Shown one piece after another: positions 1 to 9,468 of a stretch of 64,000 nucleotides of DNA. The DNA comes from Sphingobacteriales bacterium (lineage in GTDB: Bacteria; Bacteroidota; Bacteroidia; Chitinophagales; JADIYW01). The stretch is from the NCBI GenBank assembly GCA_016721245.1, contig JADKIQ010000009.1:102733-166732 (forward strand), read 5' to 3'. A program made the translations under genes and the position numbers. Positions within the stretch are counted from its first letter, which is position 1, and each line of letters starts with the position of its first letter. Under the pieces are notes generated by a model that worked only from the letters and a program-made list of their open reading frames with translations, did no database searches and was not told the DNA's origin.

Positions 1-39
1 AAAAAGAAATAAACGCGCTCACATTTATTAAATCAAGCT

Positions 40-453
40 ATGAAGAAACTTATTTTTTGCGCCTTGCTGTTTGCCGCCAATATGGGCTTTGCACAAAAAC
101 TGCATCTTTGTTTTACCTCCACAGATTCAGCCTTTATAGAAGATCCGATGCAGTTGTCGTTTAATGTAATCGACAAAGACTGGGCAAATGGTTTTGTTCA
201 GTACAAAGGCCAGCAGGATGCTTTCCTGCTTTCTTTCGCAGTAGAAAAAGTGTTGGAGAAAAATGACAGCCTCCCTCCAAAAGTAGAGTATTCTTTTAAT
301 GAATTTAAAAACGGAAAAACGACCGGAAAATATTTTATTGCTATCACCGGTTCTAAGGTAGATTATTTTTACTATTACGATAAGCAACGAAAAACGAAAA
401 TCAACTTTGCGCAGGATTTCAGCGCGGGAGAAAAATGCGGCTGTAGCTGGTAA
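40..453 (+). CDS. hypothetical secreted protein
   Basis: 137-aa ORF with an N-terminal signal-like segment MKKLIFCALLFAANMGFAQ. No family recognised. Confidence 0.5.
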   Translation: MKKLIFCALLFAANMGFAQKLHLCFTSTDSAFIEDPMQLSFNVIDKDWANGFVQYKGQQDAFLLSFAVEKVLEKNDSLPPKVEYSFNEFKNGKTTGKYFIAITGSKVDYFYYYDKQRKTKINFAQDFSAGEKCGCSW

Positions 454-456
454 TTT

Positions 457-2397
457 TTATTCCACAAACATATTGTTTTGTGTTACGGCGTTTATATTCT
501 GTTCGTACAACTTGAACTGAAAAAATTGTGCCCCGAAATCTTTTCCTCTCGGATAAAAGCTAAACTGAAAATCCAGATATGGCAAACCTAAATCCACACT
601 TCTGATGCGAATACCGGTGCCTATACCATATTGAAACTTGCTTTCTGTAAGCAGTTTTTTTCCATTTTCGCTCAGCCAGCCCATATCACAGAAGGCATAC
701 ACCATGCCTTTGCTGAGTGCTACTATTTTATCGAGAAACAAATCACTTTCCACGCTCAATGTTATACTTTTGGAGCCTTTTAAAGACGGTGAGTAAAATC
801 CGCGGATGCCATTCATGTCGTTGATGTTAAAGTAGCGTTCTTCCGGAATAAAGAAACCCAGATTAGTACCGCCTTTCAGTATCTGGCGGAAATACATGTG
901 TTTGGCGAAGGCTACTTTTTTCGAGACATAATCCAGTTTTATGGAGGTCTGCATCTGCTCTCCTTTTTTGTTTCGGATATAACCGCTGTAATTTACCTGC
1001 GGATATAAGAAGCCGAATTTTTTAAAATAGATGCCATAATTTACGGACAAATTTAAGGCTGCTCTTCTTCCGTAAATTTCGTCAAACTGAGGGCCAGCCC
1101 AGATTGATGCGCTGATGCCCCTCGGAAAATATTCAGCTATATCAATATAAAACGCATTACGTTCCAGGTAAAAATCCCAGCGCGCAATCCCAAACCCAAA
1201 ACGATAATTTTGCTGCCTAATAAAAATTTCATTATAATTTCGGTTGATTATAAATGGTCGTGTTTTATAGTCTCTGTAATTTATTTTGGTGGCAACAATA
1301 AATTTCAGTTTGTCGTCTTTACAAGGCATGAGTTTATTAACGGCAATAGCTCCTGCCAGCCACAAGGAATAATAATTGGATTTGGCATTTACAAAACTTG
1401 ACGGATCACGCAGATTTCCGTTCAAACTTAAGGTGCTGTTGTTGTAAACGTATTGTGCATTAAATGCCAGCGCTGTTTTTAAATTAAAAAATTTCCGGTT
1501 AACAGATACTGCAACATTCTGGTTCAGTTTTTCAATGACAAAGCTGGTGGTGAAATTAATTTGTGATGCTTGTATATTTTCGTATTTGTAGGTGCCGCCA
1601 ATTGCCCATAGGTTGTATTTATTAAAATTGATACCGCCAAACACATTCAACGTATTAGGAAGTCCGAAAAAATTAAAGGTGGATGCGCTGAAAACCACAC
1701 GGCCATTATAATATCCCGCAGACATTGACCAGGATAACCTGTCCTGCAGAAAAATCATAACCTCCACTTCGTCCGTGTTCAAACTATCCGGAAATACAAT
1801 GATTTTAACGTCTTTGAATTTCTTTCTTTCCCACAATAATTTTTCAGAATCAGCGAAAAGAGTAGGATTCACCACATCTCCTTCTTTGAAAAAAATATCT
1901 CCGCGGATATACCATTCTCTGCTTTTGAAATGAATGGCATTCCCGAATCGCTGGCCTTTGTTCATGGTTACAGGACAACCTTCGGGTGTACAACCAAAGG
2001 GCTTAAAAACAACCACATCTACACAGGTAATTTTTTTGCCGGCATACTTTTCATATTTCTCCACGCCGGAAAAATCTTTGCCATAACCTCTGTCGGAGTA
2101 ATTGAAATAGGAAATAAACTTAAATGCTTTCTTTGTTTTCTCTACGCGTGTTTCTTTTTTATTGATGACGAAAAACTCCGGTGAAATAGTTAGGGTATCA
2201 TCTGTATCCGGTAAATAAACAACAGTATCCTGCGTTATAGCAGGGACATTTATGGTTGCTGTGTCTTTTATTATTGGCAAGGGTATTGTATCCTGCGCGT
2301 ATATTGCGGAGAACGGTATTTGCATAACAAAAAAAAGCAACGTCGATAATAGTGTTGCTTTTAAAATTTTGTGGGTGTTGCAAATACGTTGCTGCAT
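457..2397 (-). CDS. Omp85/BamA-family outer-membrane beta-barrel protein, paralog 1
   Basis: 646 aa with a signal-like N-terminus. The C-terminal barrel carries the NGIRGFYSP (RGF/Y) motif and GIGTGIRIRS...FQFSFYPRGKDFG. Collinear with the neighbouring ORF. Confidence 0.7.
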   Translation of the reverse strand: MQQRICNTHKILKATLLSTLLFFVMQIPFSAIYAQDTIPLPIIKDTATINVPAITQDTVVYLPDTDDTLTISPEFFVINKKETRVEKTKKAFKFISYFNYSDRGYGKDFSGVEKYEKYAGKKITCVDVVVFKPFGCTPEGCPVTMNKGQRFGNAIHFKSREWYIRGDIFFKEGDVVNPTLFADSEKLLWERKKFKDVKIIVFPDSLNTDEVEVMIFLQDRLSWSMSAGYYNGRVVFSASTFNFFGLPNTLNVFGGINFNKYNLWAIGGTYKYENIQASQINFTTSFVIEKLNQNVAVSVNRKFFNLKTALAFNAQYVYNNSTLSLNGNLRDPSSFVNAKSNYYSLWLAGAIAVNKLMPCKDDKLKFIVATKINYRDYKTRPFIINRNYNEIFIRQQNYRFGFGIARWDFYLERNAFYIDIAEYFPRGISASIWAGPQFDEIYGRRAALNLSVNYGIYFKKFGFLYPQVNYSGYIRNKKGEQMQTSIKLDYVSKKVAFAKHMYFRQILKGGTNLGFFIPEERYFNINDMNGIRGFYSPSLKGSKSITLSVESDLFLDKIVALSKGMVYAFCDMGWLSENGKKLLTESKFQYGIGTGIRIRSVDLGLPYLDFQFSFYPRGKDFGAQFFQFKLYEQNINAVTQNNMFVE

Positions 2398-2414
2398 TTC
2401 TAAAAATACAAAAA

Positions 2415-4319
2415 TTATTTTTCCTGCTCTACAAACATGTTATTTTGTATAATGGCATTGGGGTTGCTGCCCATCGCATGAAACTGGAAAATTTTTTCTC
2501 CAAAATCCTTTCCTCTCGGATAAAAACTAAATTGTACGTCAACATAGGGTACACCTAATTCAGCACTTCTTAAGCGCAGTCCAAAACCAAGACCATACTG
2601 AAAAACACTTTCTGAAAATAATGTACGCTTGTTTTCACTCAGCCATGCCATATCACAAAACACATAAGTCATTGCTTTTGTCAGTGCTATTTTTTTATCA
2701 AAGAAAATATCGCATTCCATATTTAGAAAGGCACTTTTGGATCCTTTTAAAAATGGCGAATAAAAACCGCGAATTCCGTTTGTTTCATTGATATTGAAAT
2801 ATCTGTCGGCAGGAAGAGAAGCACCCAGGCTGGTACCGAGTTTTAGTATTTGCCGGAAGTAAACAATTTTTGCCAGCGCCACTTTATCGGACACAAAATC
2901 CAGACTGATTTTTGAAATCATTTCCTCACCTTTTTTGTGGCGTACATATCCGTTGTAATTATACTGTGGATACAGATATCCGAATTTATTTACATGTAAA
3001 CCATAGTTAACGGTAAAATCGAAAGAAACTCTTTGTCCGTAATATTCGTCAAACTGAGAACCAACCCAAAAGGAAGCACTGTAACCCCGCGGAAAAAATT
3101 CCGCAACATCTATGTAAAAAGAATTTTTAGCCAGATAATAATCCCATCTTGCCACACCAATTCCAACTCTGTAATTTTGCTGACTGACAAATATTTTATC
3201 ATACAATCTGCTGTCCATAAACGGGCGTTTTTTGTAATGAGTGTTATCTATTTTAGTGGCAAATATTAATTTCAGTTTATCGTCTTTAATGCTCATTATT
3301 TTGCTGAATGGCAAAGCATATGCGAGCCAGAGTGAATAATAATTTGATTTCGTTCTGATGTAGCTTGTCGTATCTTTTAAGTTATTGGTAAGACTATTGG
3401 TGCTGTAATCGTAACTGTATTTTACATCAAAAGCCCATTGTGTTTTTATGCTGAAAAAATTCCTGTACAGCGAAACAACTGCGTTTTGGTTTAGTTTTTC
3501 AATCAGGAAGTTAGTGGCAAAGTTGATTTGCGACGATTTTATATTTTCATATTTATATGCTCCGCCAGCCGCCCAGAGGTTATATTTATTCAGGTTAATT
3601 CCGGCAAACACGGAAAGCGTATTGGGTTGTCCGAAGAAGTTATAGGTGGATATGCCGGCTATCAAGCGGTCATTGTATCCCAAACCCACTTCCCACGACA
3701 GCTTGTCCTGTAGGTATACGATTACGTCCACATTTTTTTTTGTGCTGTCTTCCGTCAGCAAGATGCTGATGTCTTTGAACTTTTTTCGTCCCCACAATAA
3801 TTTTTCTGTGTCTGCAAACAAAGAAGGAACAACTTTATCGCCTTCGTGAAATAAAATATCGTTTTTTACAAACCATTCCTTGCTTTTAAAATGAATTTTA
3901 TTGGCAAATTTTTGTCCCTTTTTTAATGGCTGAAGTGAATCCTCGACAATACTGCCGAATGGATTTATAATGCTGATTTGAATACTTAGGATTTTTTTTC
4001 CTTTATACTGTTTGTATTTTTCTACTCCGGTAAAATCTTTGTTATTTCCTGAATCTTTATATTTTAAGTAAGAGAAAATTTTAAATGCCTTTTTCGCTTT
4101 TGCAGATCTGATGTCATTTTTCAAAATCTGCAGAGAATCCGGTGGTATCATCAAAGAAGAGTCGACCGGCCATATCTTTAAAGTATCAATTAATACCACT
4201 GCGGTATCAGGAGATACCAGTATAAAAGTCTGAGCATAAGAATATAAGAAAGAAGAAAAAAGGGAAACAAACAATATTATACTTCTGAAAGACTCTGCTA
4301 ATTTTTTGATTCTTAGCAT
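2415..4319 (-). CDS. Omp85/BamA-family outer-membrane beta-barrel protein, paralog 2
   Basis: 634 aa. Shares full-length blocks with 457-2397 (LFADxEKLLWxRKKFKD, NKYNLWAxGGxYKYENI, SNYYSLWLA, NGIRGFYSP, QFSFYPRGKDFG, QNNMFVE). The gap between the two ORFs is 17 bp. Confidence 0.7.
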   Translation of the reverse strand: MLRIKKLAESFRSIILFVSLFSSFLYSYAQTFILVSPDTAVVLIDTLKIWPVDSSLMIPPDSLQILKNDIRSAKAKKAFKIFSYLKYKDSGNNKDFTGVEKYKQYKGKKILSIQISIINPFGSIVEDSLQPLKKGQKFANKIHFKSKEWFVKNDILFHEGDKVVPSLFADTEKLLWGRKKFKDISILLTEDSTKKNVDVIVYLQDKLSWEVGLGYNDRLIAGISTYNFFGQPNTLSVFAGINLNKYNLWAAGGAYKYENIKSSQINFATNFLIEKLNQNAVVSLYRNFFSIKTQWAFDVKYSYDYSTNSLTNNLKDTTSYIRTKSNYYSLWLAYALPFSKIMSIKDDKLKLIFATKIDNTHYKKRPFMDSRLYDKIFVSQQNYRVGIGVARWDYYLAKNSFYIDVAEFFPRGYSASFWVGSQFDEYYGQRVSFDFTVNYGLHVNKFGYLYPQYNYNGYVRHKKGEEMISKISLDFVSDKVALAKIVYFRQILKLGTSLGASLPADRYFNINETNGIRGFYSPFLKGSKSAFLNMECDIFFDKKIALTKAMTYVFCDMAWLSENKRTLFSESVFQYGLGFGLRLRSAELGVPYVDVQFSFYPRGKDFGEKIFQFHAMGSNPNAIIQNNMFVEQEK

Positions 4320-4334
4320 TCATCTAAAGATACA

Positions 4335-4982
4335 CTATTTTTTGATTCTAATTTGTATTGCTTTGATGATCATTGGTAAAATAGAAATGAACACGATACC
4401 TAAAATGAATTTTTCAAGGTTTTTTTCTACAAAAGGAATATTTCCTAAAAAATAACCCACTATCGTAACGGAAGACACCCAGAGAATACCGCCTAAAATG
4501 TCATAGGGTAAAAAGGTCTTGTAATTCATTTTGCCTACGCCGGAAACAAAAGGCGTAACGGTACGTACAATCGGGATAAAACGGGCGATAATGATGGTTT
4601 TGGTGCCTTGTTTTTCAAAATAATTATGTACCTCATTTATCCATTCCGGATTTACCAGTGGTTTACCTTTGAATTTCCAACTGAGCACATGTTCGCTGAA
4701 ATATTTTCCTACAAAATAATTTAAGTTATCTCCGATAATGGCTGCCGCAATTAATAATGGTATCAGTACAAAAATATTCAGCCCTGATTGCTGTGCGCAC
4801 AATAAACCTGCGGTAAACAATAATGAATCGCCGGGTAAAAACGGCATAATCACTAGTCCTGTTTCTACAAAAATGATTAAAAACAAAATGGCATAAATTA
4901 AATTACCGTGTTCCTGAAACAGCTGTAATAAAACGTCTTTGGTGTGCGTTAAAAGTTCTAATAAAAAATGAATGTATTCCAT
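4335..4982 (-). CDS. DedA family membrane protein
   Basis: 215 aa, multi-TM, with typical DedA blocks (PFLPGDSLLFTAG, IIARFIPIVRTVTPFVSG). Confidence 0.8.
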   Translation of the reverse strand: MEYIHFLLELLTHTKDVLLQLFQEHGNLIYAILFLIIFVETGLVIMPFLPGDSLLFTAGLLCAQQSGLNIFVLIPLLIAAAIIGDNLNYFVGKYFSEHVLSWKFKGKPLVNPEWINEVHNYFEKQGTKTIIIARFIPIVRTVTPFVSGVGKMNYKTFLPYDILGGILWVSSVTIVGYFLGNIPFVEKNLEKFILGIVFISILPMIIKAIQIRIKK

Positions 4983-5111
4983 AAAAGTAATAAGTATTGA
5001 GTATTAAGTAATAAGTATCATAATTAAGATACTTTCACAAGATACGGGTTTTAATGAATTGTGGAATTACAGAATGGCAGAATGTGTATTTTTGAGTACA
5101 AAATTTACTGT

Positions 5112-5438
5112 ATGCAAACCATTCTCCTGCTCCTTATTTCCAATTCATTTATGACCTATGCCTGGTACGGGCATTTAAAGAATCCTAATTTAAAACTATG
5201 GCAGGCGGTGCTGATCAGCTGGGGTGTTGCCTTTTTTGAATATTGTTTTATGGTGCCGGCAAACAGAATAGGGTATAAAACATTTAATGCGTATCAGTTA
5301 AAAATTATTCAGGAAGTAATTACACTGAGTGTTTTTGTAGTGTTTGCTTATTTTTTTCTGGGAGAAAAACTGCGTTGGAATTATGCGGTAAGTTTTGTAT
5401 TTATTTTTCTTGCTGTTATTTTCATGTTCAAAAAGTAA
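5112..5438 (+). CDS. DMT-superfamily small membrane protein (DUF486-like)
   Basis: The track ORF is 5061-5438. The internal ATG at 5112 gives MQTILLLLISNSFMTYAWYGHLK, the characteristic N-terminus of this 4-TM family. Confidence 0.65.
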   Translation: MQTILLLLISNSFMTYAWYGHLKNPNLKLWQAVLISWGVAFFEYCFMVPANRIGYKTFNAYQLKIIQEVITLSVFVVFAYFFLGEKLRWNYAVSFVFIFLAVIFMFKK

Positions 5439-5440
5439 TA

Positions 5441-6877
5441 CTACTCTTTAATTATTTTAAACAACTTGTCGTCAATAATCACCATATACATTCCGCTGGG
5501 ATAAGTACTGATGCTGATGTTTTGTAAACTCTTCGTGAGTTTCATATTATACATATTTTGGCCAACATAATTGTATACCTGCACATCGGCATCTTTCTTT
5601 TTATTTTCAGTTTTTATCCAAATTTCCTCTTTAGTAGGATTGGGAAATACCGTGACATATCCATTGACTTCTATTTCAGTTGTATCATTTTTTACTGTTG
5701 CGAGCTCTGAAAATCTGAACCTGTCATCAAAGTCTACTTGTCTTAAACGGTAATAAGTAAATCCGGAAAATGGATTTGGATCAACAAAACTATAGGCAGA
5801 AATCCAGTGCGTGTTGCCGCTGCCTTTTACACTTCCAATGTTTTCCCATTCCAATGCGTCTTTTGAATGCTGCACTTCAAAAAAATCACAGTTATATTCT
5901 GAGGCTGTTTTCCATTTTAAAAGCGTTGTTTTATCGTTCTGAAGTTTTGTTGTGAAAGAAGCAAACTCTACAGGCAATACACTTCCTGCAATTATTATGG
6001 GGTAATCCTCCACTTCTCCCGTTGCAGCATATCCTGTGGCGTATTGTATTTCTGTATAAACAGATGAAATACGAAATCGTGCAAAGGTAGCACCTGATGT
6101 CAAATGTCCGCTCAGTCCTGTCCAGTTTACATTAACGGAAGTGGCACCATTGGGAACGGTAGTTAAATCAGACGTTTCACCCACATCATTAAAATCTCCG
6201 TCACCGTTGAAATCTATAAAACCATACAGATATGCAGCTTCTCCTGTTATATTAGTCACATTTGCACTTACGGTATAAGAACCATAAGATGCGTAAATCA
6301 AAGGAAAGTATGGTACGCCGTCCTCATCGTTTATTTCGCCGGTGTTTTGTTTGTCGTCTGCGGTTGCATATGAATTATTTACACTGCCGGTAGAATAATC
6401 AATGAATGTTCCTAATTTTAGTTTAGGTGTTTTTTTATATAAATGAAATGCCGTTCCATAGCTGCTTGGCGCATCTCCGTAATCGTATATATTTTTATCT
6501 TCTGCAACCTCTGTATTAATTGGTGTTTGAGTAAGTGGTGTATTATTTTTCTCGTTTTCTAATTCGTTGATACCTTGGTACAATGCATTATTGTCTGCGT
6601 TCATCAAATAATTATTTCCCTGAAAATCCGTTGTAGCCTGAGAGATATCGGAATAAGCTGATTGAGCCAGAATTTTTTGTGAACTAAAATCGATTTTGAT
6701 ATTAGTATTTAACACCGCATTGTTGAAGTTATAAATAAAGCCGTTTTGGAGACTAAAATCCGCTCGCTTAATACTTGCGTGCGTACTTCCTGAAGAGTAT
6801 TGCGAAAATGATCGTTTTGCCAAAAAAATAAGACAAAAAACAACCATTACTGTTATGGTTTTTGATAGAGTTTTCAT
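5441..6877 (-). CDS. secreted protein with GEVED domain and T9SS C-terminal sorting domain
   Basis: 478 aa with a signal peptide and a GEVEDYPI motif. The C-terminus (VFPNPTKEEIWIK...GMYMVIIDDKLFKIIKE) is typical of a Por/T9SS CTD. Confidence 0.75.
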   Translation of the reverse strand: MKTLSKTITVMVVFCLIFLAKRSFSQYSSGSTHASIKRADFSLQNGFIYNFNNAVLNTNIKIDFSSQKILAQSAYSDISQATTDFQGNNYLMNADNNALYQGINELENEKNNTPLTQTPINTEVAEDKNIYDYGDAPSSYGTAFHLYKKTPKLKLGTFIDYSTGSVNNSYATADDKQNTGEINDEDGVPYFPLIYASYGSYTVSANVTNITGEAAYLYGFIDFNGDGDFNDVGETSDLTTVPNGATSVNVNWTGLSGHLTSGATFARFRISSVYTEIQYATGYAATGEVEDYPIIIAGSVLPVEFASFTTKLQNDKTTLLKWKTASEYNCDFFEVQHSKDALEWENIGSVKGSGNTHWISAYSFVDPNPFSGFTYYRLRQVDFDDRFRFSELATVKNDTTEIEVNGYVTVFPNPTKEEIWIKTENKKKDADVQVYNYVGQNMYNMKLTKSLQNISISTYPSGMYMVIIDDKLFKIIKE

Positions 6878-6904
6878 AATGTTGGGAATTATAAAACGTC
6901 TTGA

Positions 6905-6945
6905 ATAAAAAATAAAATCAACTGCAAATGATTGCAGTTGATTTT
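6905..6945 (-). terminator. Rho-independent terminator downstream of 6959-7240
   Basis: Perfect 14-bp stem (6914-6927 / 6932-6945) with a 4-nt loop, followed on the minus strand by a T-rich run. Confidence 0.7.
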
Positions 6946-6958
6946 ATAATATGTTTTT

Positions 6959-7240
6959 TTATTGTTTTAGAATCTTGTAAGTTTTGGTACCTACTTTTAT
7001 AAGATAGATTCCTCTTTGGTATTCTGATAAGTCTAAGCGTTTTTCACTTTCGTCCATCATTGATGCAAACACTTTTTGTCCGGAAACATCAAAATAGCAA
7101 AAAATAAACGCTGCTCTATTCATAGGCAGACTTTCATTTCCACGGGAAATATAACTTTTGTGTGTTTGTGCATTTGCGTGTTGGCAAATAAATAAGATGC
7201 TCAGGAAAGCAAGATGGAGGGTTTGTACGCTTTTTTTCAT
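6959..7240 (-). CDS. small signal-peptide protein consisting almost only of a T9SS CTD-like tail
   Basis: 93 aa. Signal MKKSVQTLHLAFLSILFICQHANAQ, then YFDVSGQKVF...LDLSEYQRGIYLIKVGTKTYKILKQ, which resembles the distal strands of a T9SS CTD. Confidence 0.45.
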   Translation of the reverse strand: MKKSVQTLHLAFLSILFICQHANAQTHKSYISRGNESLPMNRAAFIFCYFDVSGQKVFASMMDESEKRLDLSEYQRGIYLIKVGTKTYKILKQ

Positions 7241-7667
7241 TTGAAGGGGGTTATTATGTTTCTAAAATCTATTCTATATTATTTGTTTATCTGTGAGATA
7301 ATGAAATAACAATCCAACATAAAAAACCCTGCTTTGCGTACCTGAAAAGGAAACGTAGTATTTCTATACAGAAATTACATACTGATACATATAGGTATAA
7401 CCTTAGTAATTAAAAATAAATATGGTAACATTGAAATTAGGGTTTTAATGTTATTACAAAATTAGTGATAAGCTGGCAATATCGCATCCCCATAAATGGT
7501 GATATTTTTGGATTTTTGTGAGTTATTTTATCTTTTTGGTGGATAAATCAAATTATTCAGCCATTTGCTTCTGAAATCAACTTTGCGAAAGTATTGATGA
7601 ATATTAAAAAATTATTTTATATTAAAAAAAATTAACTATTTTTTGAGTAATGAAACGTGGAACGTCG

Positions 7668-9446
7668 CTAATTTTTTTCGCTCTCGTTTTCCAGTGTTTG
7701 CTGCATAAATTTACCTGCCGGTTTATTGCCGGGGATTTCTTTTTTCAATTCCGGAGATTTTGGTGCAGCAGATGATTTTACAGAAAAATCCACTTTTATG
7801 ATTTCCTCTGCATCCCAGTTTTCTTTTATGATAATGGGCTTTAATTCCTTATATATTTTTTCTGGTAATGTTTTTGTGGCAAAACTTCCGGAATTCCAGA
7901 TTCCGTTTTTGTTTACATCATCGATCACTTCCACAGAATAAGTACCGGAAAACTGCAAACCATAGTCAATTTTAAGCGCCTGAGAATCGCGTAGAATTTG
8001 CTTTTCCAGTACTTTACCCGCATTATCTTTTAAAATTGCGATATAATTGTGGTTTTTTTGTGGTAATTCATACGTTATCAGTAAGTTACCTGCTTTTTTG
8101 ACGGAAGTCACCGAAAATGAAATTTTTTGATATTTATTGTAATTTCCGGTCAAATCCGACAAAGCTGAGTCTGAAAGTGTTAATTTATATTTCATGCCAG
8201 CTTGCCAGGTGGCAGCAAAGAAATAAGTTTGCAAATCTTCATCCCGTGAAACCGTGAAGGGAATTTTAGCATTGGAGGTATCCGTAATCTCTATTTTGGA
8301 AGTATCAATTTTTTCCAGGCTATAATAAGACGCGATTAGTTTTAGTGGTTTTGACTCAATCACATTTAAAGATTTGTATGCAGTTGTATCATTAAAGAAA
8401 GGAACCGGTATTTTGTAATTTTTGCTTTCAGAACGCACTCTCAGTGTATCAACAAATTTATTGTTGTTTTTAATAATCAGCGTAAAACTATTGGTATCTG
8501 CTTTTAGTTTTGGAAAATAAACGGCCATTTTCTTTGGTTCTTTTTCCTGAAATGCAATGGGAGAAATCTCCTTGTTTTCTAAAATATCTATCGTGATCTC
8601 ATCCTTATTAAAGGACAATTCCTTATTAAACGTCACATGTAAAATACCTCCTTTGATCGTTCTGTCAAAATCGAAAATACGCAAAGTAGAGTCTTCCGGT
8701 AAAAACAACTGGAAATTCAGTGTATCCAAACTTGATTTTATATGGAAAATACTGTCGGTAAAACCAATAGCTTCCGTAGGTAAATCATAGTAATAGTTGT
8801 TGTTTTTATCGCTCAATGCGTAAATTCTGTAATCCCCTTCTTTCACATTTTCCAGCGAAAAGCTGCCATCTGCTTCCACTTTTGTAATATAGAAAGGGCG
8901 TTTTTTAATGAAGGCTGAATCTTCTTTTTCTTTGTACAAGAGCAAATAAGTATTTTCAGGGATTTTGTCCAGGGAAGTATTTATGCTTCCTTTTACTTTC
9001 AAAGAATCAATAAAAGGTCCTGTAGAGAAGATGTATTTGAAGTTCGGAAACGTATTACCTTCATTATTGTCTTTGATATTATCGCCAAAAAAAACACTGT
9101 AGGTAGTATTTGGCTGCAGAGAATCTTTTAACTGAATAGTCAGTTCATTTCTGGCAATATCTATTTTCGGAAAAGGCTCTACATTGGGTGAAATAATGAC
9201 CTGAGTTTTAGGGTTTGTAAGCGGTTGAATCCACTCGTTAAACTCAATTTTTATCTGTTTTTGATGGAAATTAGTGGTGTAATTGGCCGGACTGGAGCTT
9301 GCTATTTCCGGTGGTGTGGTGTCTTTTTTCCCTCCGGTGGGAGCCGAAATCTGAGCACAGGAAAAAAAAATCAGGCAATGTATCAATAAAACGATGTAAT
9401 AATGAAATCTGTATTTCTTAATGCTATTATGTTGATACATTGACAA
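7668..9446 (-). CDS. lipoprotein, Ig-like-domain (SbsA-type) protein
   Basis: 592 aa. Lipobox-like FFSCAQ followed by APTGGKKDTTPPEI, a typical start for Bacteroidota Ig-like lipoproteins. No more specific assignment is possible. Confidence 0.45.
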   Translation of the reverse strand: MSMYQHNSIKKYRFHYYIVLLIHCLIFFSCAQISAPTGGKKDTTPPEIASSSPANYTTNFHQKQIKIEFNEWIQPLTNPKTQVIISPNVEPFPKIDIARNELTIQLKDSLQPNTTYSVFFGDNIKDNNEGNTFPNFKYIFSTGPFIDSLKVKGSINTSLDKIPENTYLLLYKEKEDSAFIKKRPFYITKVEADGSFSLENVKEGDYRIYALSDKNNNYYYDLPTEAIGFTDSIFHIKSSLDTLNFQLFLPEDSTLRIFDFDRTIKGGILHVTFNKELSFNKDEITIDILENKEISPIAFQEKEPKKMAVYFPKLKADTNSFTLIIKNNNKFVDTLRVRSESKNYKIPVPFFNDTTAYKSLNVIESKPLKLIASYYSLEKIDTSKIEITDTSNAKIPFTVSRDEDLQTYFFAATWQAGMKYKLTLSDSALSDLTGNYNKYQKISFSVTSVKKAGNLLITYELPQKNHNYIAILKDNAGKVLEKQILRDSQALKIDYGLQFSGTYSVEVIDDVNKNGIWNSGSFATKTLPEKIYKELKPIIIKENWDAEEIIKVDFSVKSSAAPKSPELKKEIPGNKPAGKFMQQTLENESEKN

Positions 9447-9468
9447 ATTATTTCATTATTGAATTTAA

